DNA of 63,855 nt, counting the filler, from Chiloscyllium plagiosum (Eukaryota), in NCBI RefSeq assembly GCF_004010195.1. It is 3 parts of one record of this genome, joined end to end, with 100 filler letters (N's around TTAATTAATTAA, not from the genome) between each part and the next. Parts side by side here need not be neighbours in the genome. Positions count along the whole stretch, not along the records: positions 30,538 to 51,268 come from NC_057710.1; 2 more parts are not named here. The stretch is one strand, 5' to 3'. This document shows positions 38,598 through 51,368 of the stretch, one piece after another (the first letter of the stretch is position 1; each line of letters opens with the position of its first letter). The notes under the pieces were generated by a model. The model searched no databases and was not told where the DNA came from. It saw nothing but the letters and a program-made list of their open reading frames with translations. The position numbers and the translations under genes are program-made.

Positions 38598-41500
38598 ATG
38601 CTAATCTTGACCAACATCCTTGTAAATCTTTTCTGAACCCTTTCAAGTTTCACAACATCGTTCCGATAGGAGGGAGACCAGAATTGCACACAGTATTCCA
38701 AAAGTGGCCTAACTAATGTCCTCTTCAGCCATGACATTATCTCCTAACTCCTATACTCAGTGCTCTGTCCAGTAAAGGAAAGCAGACCAAATGCTGCCTT
38801 CACTATCCTGTTTACCTACGACTTCACTCTCAAGAAACTATGAACCTGAACTCCAAGGTCTCTTTGTTCAGCAACACTCCCCAGGGCTTTACAATTAAGT
38901 GTATAAGTCCTGCTTTTTATTCTAGATGATTATTTAATTCACAGCTTGCACCTGTCATGGTGGGATTTAAGTTGTTGTTTCTAGAATATTAGCCTGGGAT
39001 TTCTAATGACTTATCACTGCCATTAAAAAAATAGTACTGCAGATCGGGCGTTCGGTCCCTCAAGCTTGCATACAATAAGATTATAGTTGATTTAATTGTG
39101 AACTTAATTCCACTTTTCTGTCTCTTCTCTGTATGCCTTAAATACCTTGTCTAACCCAGCCTCTCATGCTGTCTAAGGAAGAGATTTCCAAAGATTTACA
39201 ACTGTCAGGTGATGAATTCCTCCTCATTATCAACATAAATGAGTGACCCCCTATTTTGAAACTGTGCCCTGTAGTTGTAGATTGCATCTACCCTGTCAAG
39301 TCTCTTTAGAACTTTCAAGATGATCATTCTTTGGTCTTCTGAAACCTTCAGTCATGGGATGTGGGTATTGCTAGTTTGAGTCAAGATTTTTTGCCCATTC
39401 CGAGTTGCTTGAGAGAGGGATTTTGAGCTGCTGCCGTGATCTAATTGCTGTGGATAGAATCACAAAACCTATAAGGAGGCATTGAGAAAGCTCTTATCAC
39501 CCTGTCCTGCCATGCAATTAAAAGATCTTAGCTATAGAAATACTTGCAAGTTAATCATTGTATCCTTATACACAAACTACAACTAACATACCAGTAGTTC
39601 AAAATCCAAATTCTTAATATAAATGTTATCAAAACCTAGATCTAAATTGTTCGCTCACATCATAGATTTGAACATCCAAGACCCTGAGTGTCTTGACAAG
39701 TTAGGTGTGGAAAGGGTGTTTCTTCCTTTTAGGGGAATCAAAAACTAGGGATCCCTGTTTAAAAATAGTTTGTCCTTGAATCCTTGAATATATTTAAGGT
39801 AGAGTTGACTGGATTCTTAAGCAAGAAATTGAATCATTATCAGGAATAGGTAGAAATGTGGAGTTGAAATTGTAGTCAGATCTGTGAGTTACTGAATGGT
39901 AGGGCAGGTTGGAGATGCCAGATGGTCTTCTACTGCTTGTTGTTCTGATGTTCATATTATGAACAAAAAGTTGTAAGGAGCTTAATATGATTGATGTAGT
40001 ATGTAGAAGGCCAAAAATGTAGGAACAAAAGTAGACTATTCAGGCTCCCCGAGTCTGCTCTGTAGTTCAGTGAGATTGTGACTAATACGTTGATTTTCAA
40101 CTTCACTTCCCAGCCTTATCCAGAGAATCTTTCATTCCTTTCATTGGACAATGCCATGAGATCCTTAATGCTTATATTCACTTAAGAGGGCAGAAGGAGT
40201 TTTATTCTAATCATTTATCTTTGTAATTGTACTCTAAGTATTAGAGTCATAATCTCACAGCATGGAAACAGATAGTTCGGTCCAACCTATTCAAGTCAAC
40301 CATGTTCCCAAACCAAACCAGTCCCACCTACCTGCGCCTGGTCCACATCCTTCCAAACTGTTCCTATGCGTGAATGTCTCCAAATGTCTTTGAAATGTTG
40401 TAGTACATCCGCATCCACCACTTCCTCTCGCAGTTCATTCCACACATGAACCAAATTGTATGTAAAAAAAAAGGTTTCCCCACGTGTCCTTTTTTAAATC
40501 TTTCCCCTCTCACCTTACAAATATGCCCCTTTATTTTTTTAATTCCCCCACCGTAGGGAAAGGTCCCCAGTCATTCACCTTATCTATGCCCCTCATGATT
40601 TTATAAATTTCCATGAGGTCACTCTTCAACCTCCTGTGCTCCAGTAAAAGAAGTCCAGCCTTTCTATTTTTTTTCTCACCTTCCAATGCCATTGTAATGA
40701 GTATTCGTTGTTATGAATTGTTTATTATTTGCTTTATGGGATAAGTTCCTTACCCGATCATTTACTTTTAATCAAGTTTTAAATCAGAAAATTATTTAGA
40801 AGTAAGGCAGGAGCAAATGAACTGTAGTGAAATTGGACAGAAGACAAATGCTACTTCGCAGATGTTGATAATCTTGATTCTTTGGAAGTGAATAAATTTG
40901 AAATGGAATTACTTAGCTCCTTTGCTTGTGGCGTACGCTAACTTCTCTTGGCTATAGTGGGAACCAACTGTTTGGAGGACTTATTGATCGAGATCTGGAG
41001 TTAGAACAAAAAAGGTATAAATTGGAACCATCACAATTTTATTTCTGTTTACTGAAATGGTGGCTTAACTATTTGCAGACTTTCTAGTTTCTGTTTTAGA
41101 TTTCATTATTTGCAGTTCATTCATGGTATTTTACAAATATGTCAATTTTCTCACTTTTGAATTCTGGACATAAGGATGATCATTTGAAGGAAAATGAGGA
41201 AAGTAAATGATTAAAAACAATGTTAAGCTGTAACACGCATTTTTACCATTTAGATCTGTACAGTCAAATTCCAAGCATCTGATTATGTGGCTCTGTAGAT
41301 GGGAAGCATGCTTGCAACTGAACTTTCTCATTATTTTTCTCCAAATGTCCACATTTATTCCTCCTCCTGAGAACTTTGCTTGGCATCCCTTTAAATTCAG
41401 CTTGTGTAACTGTTTCTTCTTTTGGTTAATTATGAATGTTGAATTCTTAGATCGAAAGATGTCTGCTTATTTTTGGATGAGCTGAATAGGTGCATTTATG

Positions 41501-41989
41501 GAATTTTTAAAAATAGAGTATACCCAAATTTAATTATTTTAATATATACATTGAAGTTTTTATTTGAATCCCTTGGGTAAAGATGACATATTGGTTGATG
41601 CCCATATGCAAATGACAGTCTTTCTGTGGAGATATTCAGTCGAGGCTTCAATAAACCATGCACAACTTCAAAGAAGTGCAGGAGTGTCCACACCAATTTA
41701 TATTTGGTAATTAACATCCCAAATTGCTGTTTTGAGATCTTGTGGACAAGCTGCTCCATTTCAGACAAGCAGCTGCACCTCTGAGTGGTTGGCTTTGGGT
41801 GTCAACTTTGGGACATCCTGTGTTTGTTGAACTTGCTAAACAAATGTACACCTTGTTAGGTTCTTTTCCTGAGGTTTCATACACGAGATGCAATTCACAC
41901 ACCAACCTCTGCCAACAGTTAAAGTTTATTAAAACTTGTACAAATTAGGTGACCTCCTTTGACCATTTTCGCAGGCACGCAAAGTTTTT

Positions 41990-42285
41990 AGATTAGATGA
42001 GATCACTTACAGTGTGGAAACAGGCCCTTCAGCCCAACAAGTCCACACTGACCCACTGAAGCGCAACCCCCTACATTTACCCCTTCACCTAACACTACAG
42101 GCAATTTAGCATGGCCAATTCACCTAACCTGCACATTTTTTTTTGGACTGTGGGAGGAAACCGGAGCACCCGGAGGAAACCCACGCAGACATGGGGAGAA
42201 TGTGCAAACTCAACACAGTCAGTCGCCTGAGGTGGGAATTGAACCCAGGTCTCTGTGCTAACTACTGTGCCACCGTGCCACCCAC
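41990..42285 (-). mobile_element. tRNA-derived SINE (HE1-like)
   Basis: Same head, core and tail as 1276-1575. Confidence 0.8.
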
Positions 42286-42857
42286 AAAGTTGAGGCACTG
42301 AACAAAGAAAACACGTCCCCTTTATACAGGTCAGTTGGTCATGCTCACAGATACTCTGGCCACTCCCCCACAGTCACATGCCACTCAAGACAGCCCCCAG
42401 CCACACTCTCACAGTCACATGCTAACCCAGGAACAATGGTAGGATGAGATCATTGTCTGAGATAATGTAAATGCCCTAATCCTGGGGAATCATTAGGCAG
42501 ACAATTTATTGACTCAGCTGTTCCCAAAACAATGTAGGTGTGACATACCTAGCTTCAGGGGATGGCTAGAAAACGTTTCTGAATGGAAGAGAATTAATGA
42601 TAGTTAAATTTAATAATAGTAAGGGGAATAGTAGCAAATGATTGTCTAATTGGAGTGGGAGTCATTCGCATTCTTGCATGAATGTTGTCCCCACCCATTT
42701 CCAGAATGTTCAGTCAGTGCAGTTTAACTCTCAAACATTACATTAATGTCCAGAGAGAAAGAGTCCCATTTATTGTTTTAACATTACAACATTTTAAAAT
42801 ATTATTTCCTCACTTCTATCAGCAAAATCTTTGTTAAATATTTAGCTGCTAAATCAA

Positions 42858-43810
42858 GTCATAGACCACTTGGCCCAACTCTCCTACGCCAAACAGGTCT
42901 CCTAAACTGAACTAGTCCCATTTGCCTGTGTTTGGCATATATCCCTTTTAAACCTTTTCTATGCGTGCACATGTCTAGTTGTCTTTTGAATGTTGTCATT
43001 GTACTCACCTCTATCACTGCCTCTGTCAGCTTGTTCCATTTATGCACCACCTTCTGTGTGGAAAATGTTTCTCCTCCGGTCCCTTCTAAATTATTCTGCT
43101 CTCCCCTAAACCTGTTCCCTCTCGTTTTGGATTCCCAACTCTGGGGGAAAAGACCTTGACCATTCACTTTATCTAAGCTGCTCATAATTTTATAAACCTC
43201 TGCAAGGTTATTCCTCAGCCTCCTTACACTCCAGGGAAAGTAGTCCCAGATTATCCAGCCTCTCCTTTATAACTCCAGTCTCAGTAACATTATTCTAAAT
43301 CTTCAAGGAATTATATACCTGCACCCCAAGGTTGCTCTGTTTGACCAATACTCACCAGGGCCCTACTATTGACTGTGTAACTCCCTGCCCTGGTTTGTCT
43401 TACCAAGATGCAACACCTCTCATTTATCTAAATTAAGTACTGTCACCATTCCTTAGCCCATTGGCCCAGTTGATCAAGATTCCCTTGTACTCTTGGATAA
43501 TCATCTTCACTGTTTACTGTACCACCAATTCTGGTGTCATCCACAAATTTACTCACCATGTTTCTTATATTCTCATCCAGATCATTTATACAAAATCATG
43601 CACAACCGTGCATCCAGTTACAGTCCTTGCAGCACATTGCTGGTCACAGGTCTCCAGTTTGAACAGCAACCCTCCACCATAGCCTTCTGTCTCCTACCAT
43701 CAATCTAGGTCTTCCTGGATCCATTGTGATCTAACCTTACTAACCAGTCTACCGTGCAGAATCTTGACAAAGACCTTGCTAAAATTCATGTAAATTGTGT
43801 CTACTGCTAT
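42858..43810 (-). mobile_element. CR1 3' fragment
   Basis: ORF 42859-43185 resembles the CR1 ORF2 C-terminus (WNKL.E.V...FKRQLD). Confidence 0.75.
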
Positions 43811-44613
43811 TTCTTCCCTAGATTCCCATAATGTCCTAACCAGATCTTTTTGAATAAAAAAACTAATATTTGTCAGTATTTTGTTTTCTTGGAGTTTTTG
43901 ATTTGCAAAAACTTTATTACCAGTTGTACTAGGTGTTTAAAGCTTATTTATTTCTGTTTAAATATCATGATTAGTTAAAGATGTTGAGATTTGATTTTTT
44001 TTTCCCCCCGTAGTGCACCCAAATGTCAGTTTCTATTCTTTTCTGTGGCTTCAGTGGTAAAACTAAAACCCTTTCTCCCAGTAGTTATTTCTCTGTTGGA
44101 GATCAAATTGATGGTTTCTTCCTTTAAAATTCTCATCCTCTTGAATAAATTTCTCTGTGACTTTGTCCCTTATCTCTGATCAACTTCTCCACTCTATTAT
44201 TAAGGAGAAATGGCTTATAGTTTCAGAAGTAACAGTAGGGAAATGGATCTGGGTGGGTTACTCTTATAGGGTCGGTGTGGACTTCTTTGTTCCGAAGGGT
44301 CTGTTTCCACACTGTAGGGATTCTATGATTCTGTATGGTGCGTGGTCACAGTAGGTTTTACTAATATGCTAAGTTGTGATCATTTTATGATCGCAGCATC
44401 CGGTTTAATCATGATTTTCAAAAGAGAAATCTTAAAATTGGAAAATGTTGCAGGCTCTGGACAAAGGACAGGATAGTGGAACAAAATTGAGCAGCCCTTC
44501 CAAAGAGCTGTCATAGGACTGTACGTTGGGAGAGGGGAGTATGCAGTGAGACTTGTCCTTGTGCACCAGTTGCTGAAGGTAAGCAGATGGTAAAGAAGGC
44601 AAATGGGATGTTG

Positions 44614-45644
44614 AAGAAAGTGGGGACTGCAGATGCTGGAGACCAGAGTTGAAAAATGTGGTGCTGGAAAAACACATCAGGCCAGGCAGCATCCGAGGAG
44701 CAGGAGAATCGACGTTTTGGGCATAAGCCCTTCCTCAGGAATGAGGCTGGTGTGCCAAGCGGGCTGAGATAAAGGGTAGGGGGGAGGGAATTTGGTGGAG
44801 GGGTGCTGGGACTACGATAGGTGGAAGGAGGTAAGGGTGAGGCTGATAGGCCGGAGAGGGGATGGGGGCGGAGAGGTCGGGAAGAAGATTGCAGGTCAAG
44901 AGGGCGGTGCTGAATCCGGGGGTTGGGACTGAGATAAGGTGGGGGGAGGGGAAATGAGGAAGCTGGAGAAATCTACATTCATCCCGTGTGGTTGGAGAGT
45001 TCCTAGGCGGAAGATGTGGCGCTCTTCCTCCAGGCGTCTTGTGGTCAGGGTCTGGCGATGGAGGAGGCCAAGGACCTTCATGTCCTTGGCGGAGTGGGAG
45101 GGGGAGTTAGTGTTCAGCCACGGGGCGGTTGGGTTGGTTGGTGCGGGTGTCCCAGAGGTGTTCCCTGAAACGTTCCGCAAGTAGGCGACCTGTCTCCCCA
45201 ATGTAGAGGAGACCACATCAGGTGCAATGGATACAGTAAATGATGTGTGTGGAGGTGCAGGTGAATTTGCGACAGATATGGAAGGATCCGTTAGGGTCTT
45301 GGAGGGAGGTGAGAGGGGAGGTGTGGGTGCAAGTTTTGCACTTCTTGCAGGGGAAGGTGCCGGGAGTGGAGGTTGGGTTGGTGGGGGGTGTGGATCTGAT
45401 GAGGGAGTCGCGGAGGGAGTGGTCTCTCCGGAACGCTGATAAGGGTGGGGAGGGAAATGTGGTGGGGTCTGTTTGGAGGTGGCGGAAATGACGGAGGATG
45501 ATACGATGTATCCGGAGGTTGGTGGGGTGGAAGGTGAGGACCAGTGGGGTTCTGTCCTGGTGGCGATTGGAGGGGCGGGGCTCAAGGGCGGAGGTGCGGG
45601 AAGTGGTGGAGATGCGGTGGAGAGCATCGTCAACCATGTCGGAG
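44614..45644 (-). mobile_element. Penelope-like element 3' part with GIY-YIG endonuclease, inserted in a + strand CR1 (~44520-46325)
   Basis: PCKKCKTC...FTCTSTHIIYCIHCT followed by YIGET, and LGTLQPHGMN at the C-terminus; terminal repeat with hammerhead at ~44709-44740 whose GAAA is mutated to AAAA; GGGATGTTG at 44605-44613 and 45645-45653. Confidence 0.85.
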
Positions 45645-46489
45645 GGGATGTTGGTATGTTGGCCTTCATTGCAAGAGGTTTTTAGTACAGGAGCAGGGAT
45701 GTGTTATTGCAGTTATGCAGTGCCTTGGTGAGGCCACACCATGAATATTGTGTGCAGTTTTGGTCTCCTTTTCTGAAGAAAGATGTTCATGGTCTCTTGG
45801 GAGTGTCGTAAAGGTTTACTAGGCTGCTTTCGGGGATGGCAGGACTAATGTATGAGGAGATATTGACTGACTGACTGACTGACTGACCGACCAACCAGCT
45901 TAGGATTGGTTTGCTGGAGTTCAGACGAATAAAGGGGGATCTCATAGAGACTTAAAATTCTAACAGGACTAAACAGGGTAGATGTAGGGAGGATGTTACT
46001 GATGGTGGGTGTGTACAGAACCAGGGGTCACAGTCTGAGAATTCGAGATAGACTATTTAGGACGGAGATGAGACATTTTTTCACCCAGAGTGGTAACCCT
46101 GTTGAAGTCATTAACACAAGAAGTTGTTGATGCCAAAACATTGACTATATTCAAGTGACGGCTAGATACAGCATTTGGGACAAATGGGATCAAAGGTTAT
46201 TGGGAGAAAGCAGGGTTCGACTGTTGCGTTGGATGATCAGCCATGACCACAATGAATGGTGGAATAGGCTGGAAGGGCTGAATGGCCGTCTCCTGCACCT
46301 ATCATGTTTCTGTTTTTCTATGTACAATTGGCTGAATGGCTGTTTGTTATGCTGCATCATAATGTCTGTGCCAACTTTCTGCAAGAAAAATGTACATAAT
46401 GCCATTCCTTGTACTTTTCTCTGTAGTTGTATAACTGTTCTCCCGTTCTAATTGAGTACTTGAGTGGCCCAGGTAATAGTGGATGCATT

Positions 46490-47260
46490 GCTAATTGTGG
46501 ATGTAGGTTTGCTCGCTGAGCTGGACAGTTCTTTAAGACGCTTCGTGACCATGTTAGGTAACATCAGTGAGCCTCCGAATGAAGCACAGGTGGTGTAGCC
46601 TGCTTTCTATTTATATGTTTGAGTTTCTTTGTGCTGGTGCTGTCATTTCCTGTGGTGACATTTCCTAAGGTGATGTAATTTCCTCTTCTTTTTCTCGGGG
46701 TGGTAAATGGGATCCAATTCGGTGTGTTTGTTGATAGAGCTCCGGTTGGAATGCCATGCTTCTAGGAATTCTCGTGGGTCTCTGTTTGGCTTGTCCTAGG
46801 ATGGATGTGTTGTCCCAGTCAGTGGTGTCCTTCCTCGTCCGTATGTTTGAACAAGCGAGAGTGGGTCATGTCATTTTGTGGCTAGTTGATGTTCATATAT
46901 CCTAGTTTTCTGCCTGTTTTTCCAATGTAGTGTTTTAGTTCTTGCAAGGTATTTTGTAAATGACATTAGTTTTGCTTGTTGCCTGTGTAGGGTCTTTCAA
47001 GTTCATTAGCTGCTATTTTAGTGTGTTGGTGAATTTGTGGGCTACCATAATGCCAAATGGTCTGAGTAGTCTGGCAATCATTTCCAAGATGTCTTTGATG
47101 TTGGAAATTTGGACTTTGATGTCTGAAACAAGATTTGGACTTTCAGAAGACTTTTGATAAAGTTCTGTTCAGCAAAGTAGCCTTTAATTTTGAAGTGCAT
47201 ATAATCGAGTGTAGTGTTTTGAGATGGAGAGAACTGTTTGGAAACAAAGAATAAGGATAA
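46490..47260 (-). mobile_element. Second PLE clade (Poseidon-like) GIY-YIG remnant with degenerate hammerhead at 46536-46569
   Basis: Minus strand gives NVIYKIPCK, HYIGKTGRK and REFLEAWHS; terminal CACTGATG-TTACC...GGTCAC-GAAGCGTC. Confidence 0.7.
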
Positions 47261-47354
47261 AACCGATAGAAAACAAAGAGTAAGGATAAAATGGATCCAG
47301 ATGCAGGCAGTGACGAACCCGATACTGCAGAGATCAGTGCTAAGACCTTAGCTA

Positions 47355-48360
47355 TTCACAGTCTCTATTATATATTTAATGATTTGGATGAGAGAACTAA
47401 ATGTAATAACCTCAAGGTGGGTGGGAGAATGAGATGTGAGGGGGCTGCAGAGACGCTTCACTGTGATTTTGGCAAGTTGAGTGGGCAAATGCATGGTAGA
47501 TGAGATATAATATGGATAAAAATGATAGTATCCACTTTGGTATATAAACAGGAAAGCTGTTTACTATCTGTCCATAAATTGAGAATGTATGTACAATGAG
47601 ACCTGGTTGTCCTCATATACCAGTCACTGAAGGTAATAAGCATGCAGATTCAGCAGGTGATAAAGAAGGCAAATGGTTATGTTCGCCTTCATAGTAAGAG
47701 GCTTAGAGTACAGGAGTAGGGCTGCTTTGTTGCAATTATATCGGGCATTGTTTTGGCTACACCTGGAATATTGTGCACAGTTTTGCTTTCGTAAAGACCT
47801 GAGGAAGGATGTTTTGTTATTGAGGGTATGCACTGAAGGTCTACCAGACTGATTGATTGGTGGATGGTACAACTGACTTACAAGCAGAGGTTGAATTGGT
47901 TAGTGTTAAATTCACTACAATTCAGAAGAATGAGGGGCTATCCAGGATAGATGCAGGTAGGATTTTCCTAATGACAGGGGAGTCCAGATCCAGAGGTCAC
48001 AGTCGAAGGATATGGGGTGGACCATTTAGGACTGAGATGAGCTGAAATTTGAAGATACAGAGAATTTGCAGATGAGACCACAGTATTTCATCTTTTCAAA
48101 AAGTTGGGTCTAGCACTTTGAACTAAAGGGATCAAAGGATATCGGGGAAAAGCGGGAACAGACTATTGAGTTGTATAGGCGAAAGTGAGGACTGCAAATA
48201 CTGGAGATAAGAGTCTAGATTAGAGAGGTGCTGGAAAAGCACAGCAGGTCGGGCAGCATTCGAAGAGCAGGAAAATCGACGTTTCAGGCAAATCAGCCAT
48301 GGTCATAATGAATGGTGGAACAGGATCGAAATGCCTACTACTACTCCTGTTTTTCTATGA
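47355..48360 (+). mobile_element. Degenerate CR1 3' fragment with a solo PLE terminus (~48178-48292, minus) in its tail
   Basis: HLEYCAQF-like sequence; the PLE piece ends at CGACGTTTCAGGCAAA (hammerhead stem II). Confidence 0.7.
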
Positions 48361-48611
48361 TTCCATTTCAGTGACCATTGAGATTCTTTCCTAACTTATT
48401 AGAAGTGTCTGATGTTACAAATAACAGCATTTGACAGAATACACCAGACATTGTCATTATGTTTAACTTTTTTCTTTTAATAAATTAAGTTAGTTGTAAA
48501 AATATCGAATTCCTCAATTTTCTTTTTTTCTTCCTGGATCATCATTCTGCCCTAGATTAGAAGCGGAGTCTTAGAGGCAACATTTAATTAATGTTTCTTT
48601 TAATGTTCTAG

Positions 48612-48758
48612 AACTCCCCTGGTGTAGTTGCTGTACTTATCATTGAATACAAGAAGACGCTGCTTCCACACCTGCCCATTCATTTACACACTGCGTCGAA
48701 TTCCTTGATGTTTGCACTTATGCCAAGATCAAAAATCTATAGATCCTTTTATTGCCAG
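48612..48758 (+). CDS. DNAAF9: Internal coding exon D (NSPGVVAVLIIEYKKTLLPHLPIHLHTASNSLMFALMPRSKIYRSFYCQ) of DNAAF9/C20orf194
   Basis: ttctag acceptor; donor GTAAGA at 48759; 147 nt, phase 0/0. Strong similarity to the recalled human segment [49 protein letters not shown]. Confidence 0.92.
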
Positions 48759-50639
48759 GTAAGAAAATAAAGACAAAAATTATGGATGATTTCTAGTAAT
48801 CATGTGTTTGTCTATAATGCTTGTTTTTTTAACATGGGTAGAAATTAATACCATTTCCAAACGAGTGTACTCCCAAGAATTCATTTTAAAAATAGCCAAC
48901 ATCCTGTACATTCTTTACAAGAATATGCTGCACAGACCACAGTGTGGGCCCAGCATCAGCAAACACTGGGCTATTCCCCTGTCTTGCCTTCCTCAGGACA
49001 TATAGTCTATTAGCGCACTGTCATCAAGTTCAAGGGTCACATACCTGCTGACTTCATCGATTACTTACACTTTTGCCTGATTGGAGACGTTGAACTCGTT
49101 GTTTCCTGATGATAGAGAAAAAAATACACCTGTCAGCTTCCTTTTGCAGGGCTTCCAAGTAATACTGAGATGGGATGTGGGCAAATTTTTCAGCTTGCCT
49201 CTCCATTAGTGTAGTTGCTGCAAATTGAAAAATCCACATTCTGTGGAGCTTCTCTGATATAGTCTGTGGTCCTTTATAATTTGAAATTCTCTTTTTTTTT
49301 AATGGAGCTTTTTGAATGTTTGTTCTCATTTGCTCATGGAATGAGGGCGTTGTTGGCTAGGCCTGCAATTGTTGTCTATCTCTAATTGTTCTGAAGAAGG
49401 TAATGTTAAGCTGCCTCCAGACCTTGTGGTGTTGACACAGTTATGCTGCTCTTAGGAAGGGAGTTTTAGTCTTGGCCCAAAGAGAGTGAAGGAACGGTGA
49501 TGTAGTTCCAATTCAGAATGCTTTGTGGCTTGGAGTAGAGATTGCAGGTTATGTTGTTCCCATGCATCTGTTCTCATTGTCCTTCTAAGTGCTAGAGATT
49601 GGATTTAAAATGTGTTGTTGGAATCACTTTGAGTCACTGCAGTGCAAATTTTAAAAAGTATATCTTGCTACCAGTTTGAGATGGTGGTGAAGAATGAATG
49701 TTGAAGGTGAGGAATTGGGTGTCAGTCAAGAGGACCGTCAAGCTTTGTCCATGTGATTCCATATTACCATTGAAACAAGTACCTCTCCTTGAATATCCTT
49801 GCTCTCTAGCATTATGCTGAGCTTAGTCAATGTTGCTGCTCCTTTTCTCCTTGCCTAACTTTCTTGAACACTTTGTGCTGGATCTTCAATTCCTAACTGT
49901 GCTGCGCATCAGTTTGCACAACTGAAGGTCATTTTATTTTGCCTGAATAATTGTGTCCCTCTACTTTCAAATCCATACCATTTTCTTTTAGCCTTGCGGC
50001 AGGTATGGATGCCTTGAATGTAACTGGACCTGCACCCTTTCTGAGCTCGGGTTCCCATAGTGAGGAATTCAGGAGAATTGAGTTTCTTTCCTGCATACTA
50101 TTTTAATCTGCTGGTGTAGGAGTTTGTAAGCACTGGGGAAAAAAAACGCCTTGTAGGAGAGTTTTTGACTGTTAGGGAAGCCTGCTGAGACATCAGGAAC
50201 ACTCTGGAAAGTAATGTAAAACGGACTGAGGCCCTTTGATGTCATTATTGGAAGCTGTGTTGCAACGTACATCTGATAATCCTGCAGTGGTTCATCACAG
50301 AGCTACGTTCTGCAGAAGCATGTTGACCCTTACATTGGTCAGCATTGTGTAATTGTTTTGCATTTCAGTAGTTCTCCACTTGGCAAAAGTGCTATTAATC
50401 TATTCAGGAATGTTTTTAAAAAAATTCCTGTCACCCTCTGGTGTCATATTTTTGTTGTGATTTATATTAACTGATATCTAGCTCGAAGAGTGTGGTGCTG
50501 GAAAAGCACAGTCGGTCCAAGGAGCAGGAGAGTCGATATTTTGACTCTTCTTCAGGAGTGGGGGGTGGCCCAAGGGGGCTGAGATTTAAATGAGGGGGGG
50601 TGGGCTGGTGTCAAAGTAGCTGTGAATGCATTAGGTAGA

Positions 50640-51268
50640 TGCAGGGTAGTTTAAACACTCCCGAAGTGCTCTCACAAATCTCTTGCCCAGGACATTGGTG
50701 CCCCTCCAGTTTAAGTGCAACCTGTCCTTCATGTACAGGTCCCACCTTCCGAGAAGGTATCCTAATGATCGATGTATCTGAAGCCCTCCCTCCTGTACCA
50801 GCCTTGTAGCCATATGTTTAGCTGCACTCTTGTCCTGTTCCTAGTCCCACTAGCATGTGACACCGGTAGTAATCCTGAGATTACTACTCTGCTTTTTAGT
50901 TTACAACCTAACTCCCTGAAACCACTTTTTCGATTGTCATCCCTTTTCCTGGTTATGTCATCGGTGCCATTGTGCACCATGACTCATGGCTGCTCACCCT
51001 CTCCCTTCAGAATCTTGTAGGCTCGATCAGTGACATCCCAGACCCTGGCAGCTGGGAGGCAACATACCTTCAGGGAGACCCATTCACGACCACTGAATCT
51101 CCTGTTCCTCCTATTGAGTCTTCTACCACAAGCAATTTTCTACTTGCTTTGCCACCCCCCCCCCCCCCCCCCCAACTGTCTGAGCCATAGAGCCAGGCTC
51201 CGTGCCAGAGACCTGGCCGATCTGGCTTTCCCATGGTATGCCCCCCCCCCCCCCCCCCACAGGCAAAG
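50640..51268 (-). mobile_element. CR1 ORF1 SGNH-esterase fragment
   Basis: HNGTDD...VVISGLLPV...W...EGFRYIDH and DRLHLNWRGTN. Confidence 0.8.
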
Positions 51269-51368
51269 NNNNNNNNNNNNNNNNNNNNNNNNNNNNNNNN
51301 NNNNNNNNNNNNTTAATTAATTAANNNNNNNNNNNNNNNNNNNNNNNNNNNNNNNNNNNNNNNNNNNN

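Larger units (their letters stand above)
36885..38915 (-). mobile_element. CR1 3' fragment split by a PLE insertion
   Basis: RLRGDLIEVYKIMRG peptide; the CR1 resumes after 38612. Confidence 0.8.

Noticed and set aside
44896..45669. 257-aa proline-rich ORF
   Set aside because: Mostly an off-frame reading of the GC-rich PLE; only its C-terminus is in the GIY-YIG frame.
45864..45887. (TGAC)n microsatellite, and (CA)n near 61775
   Set aside because: Ordinary short simple repeats.
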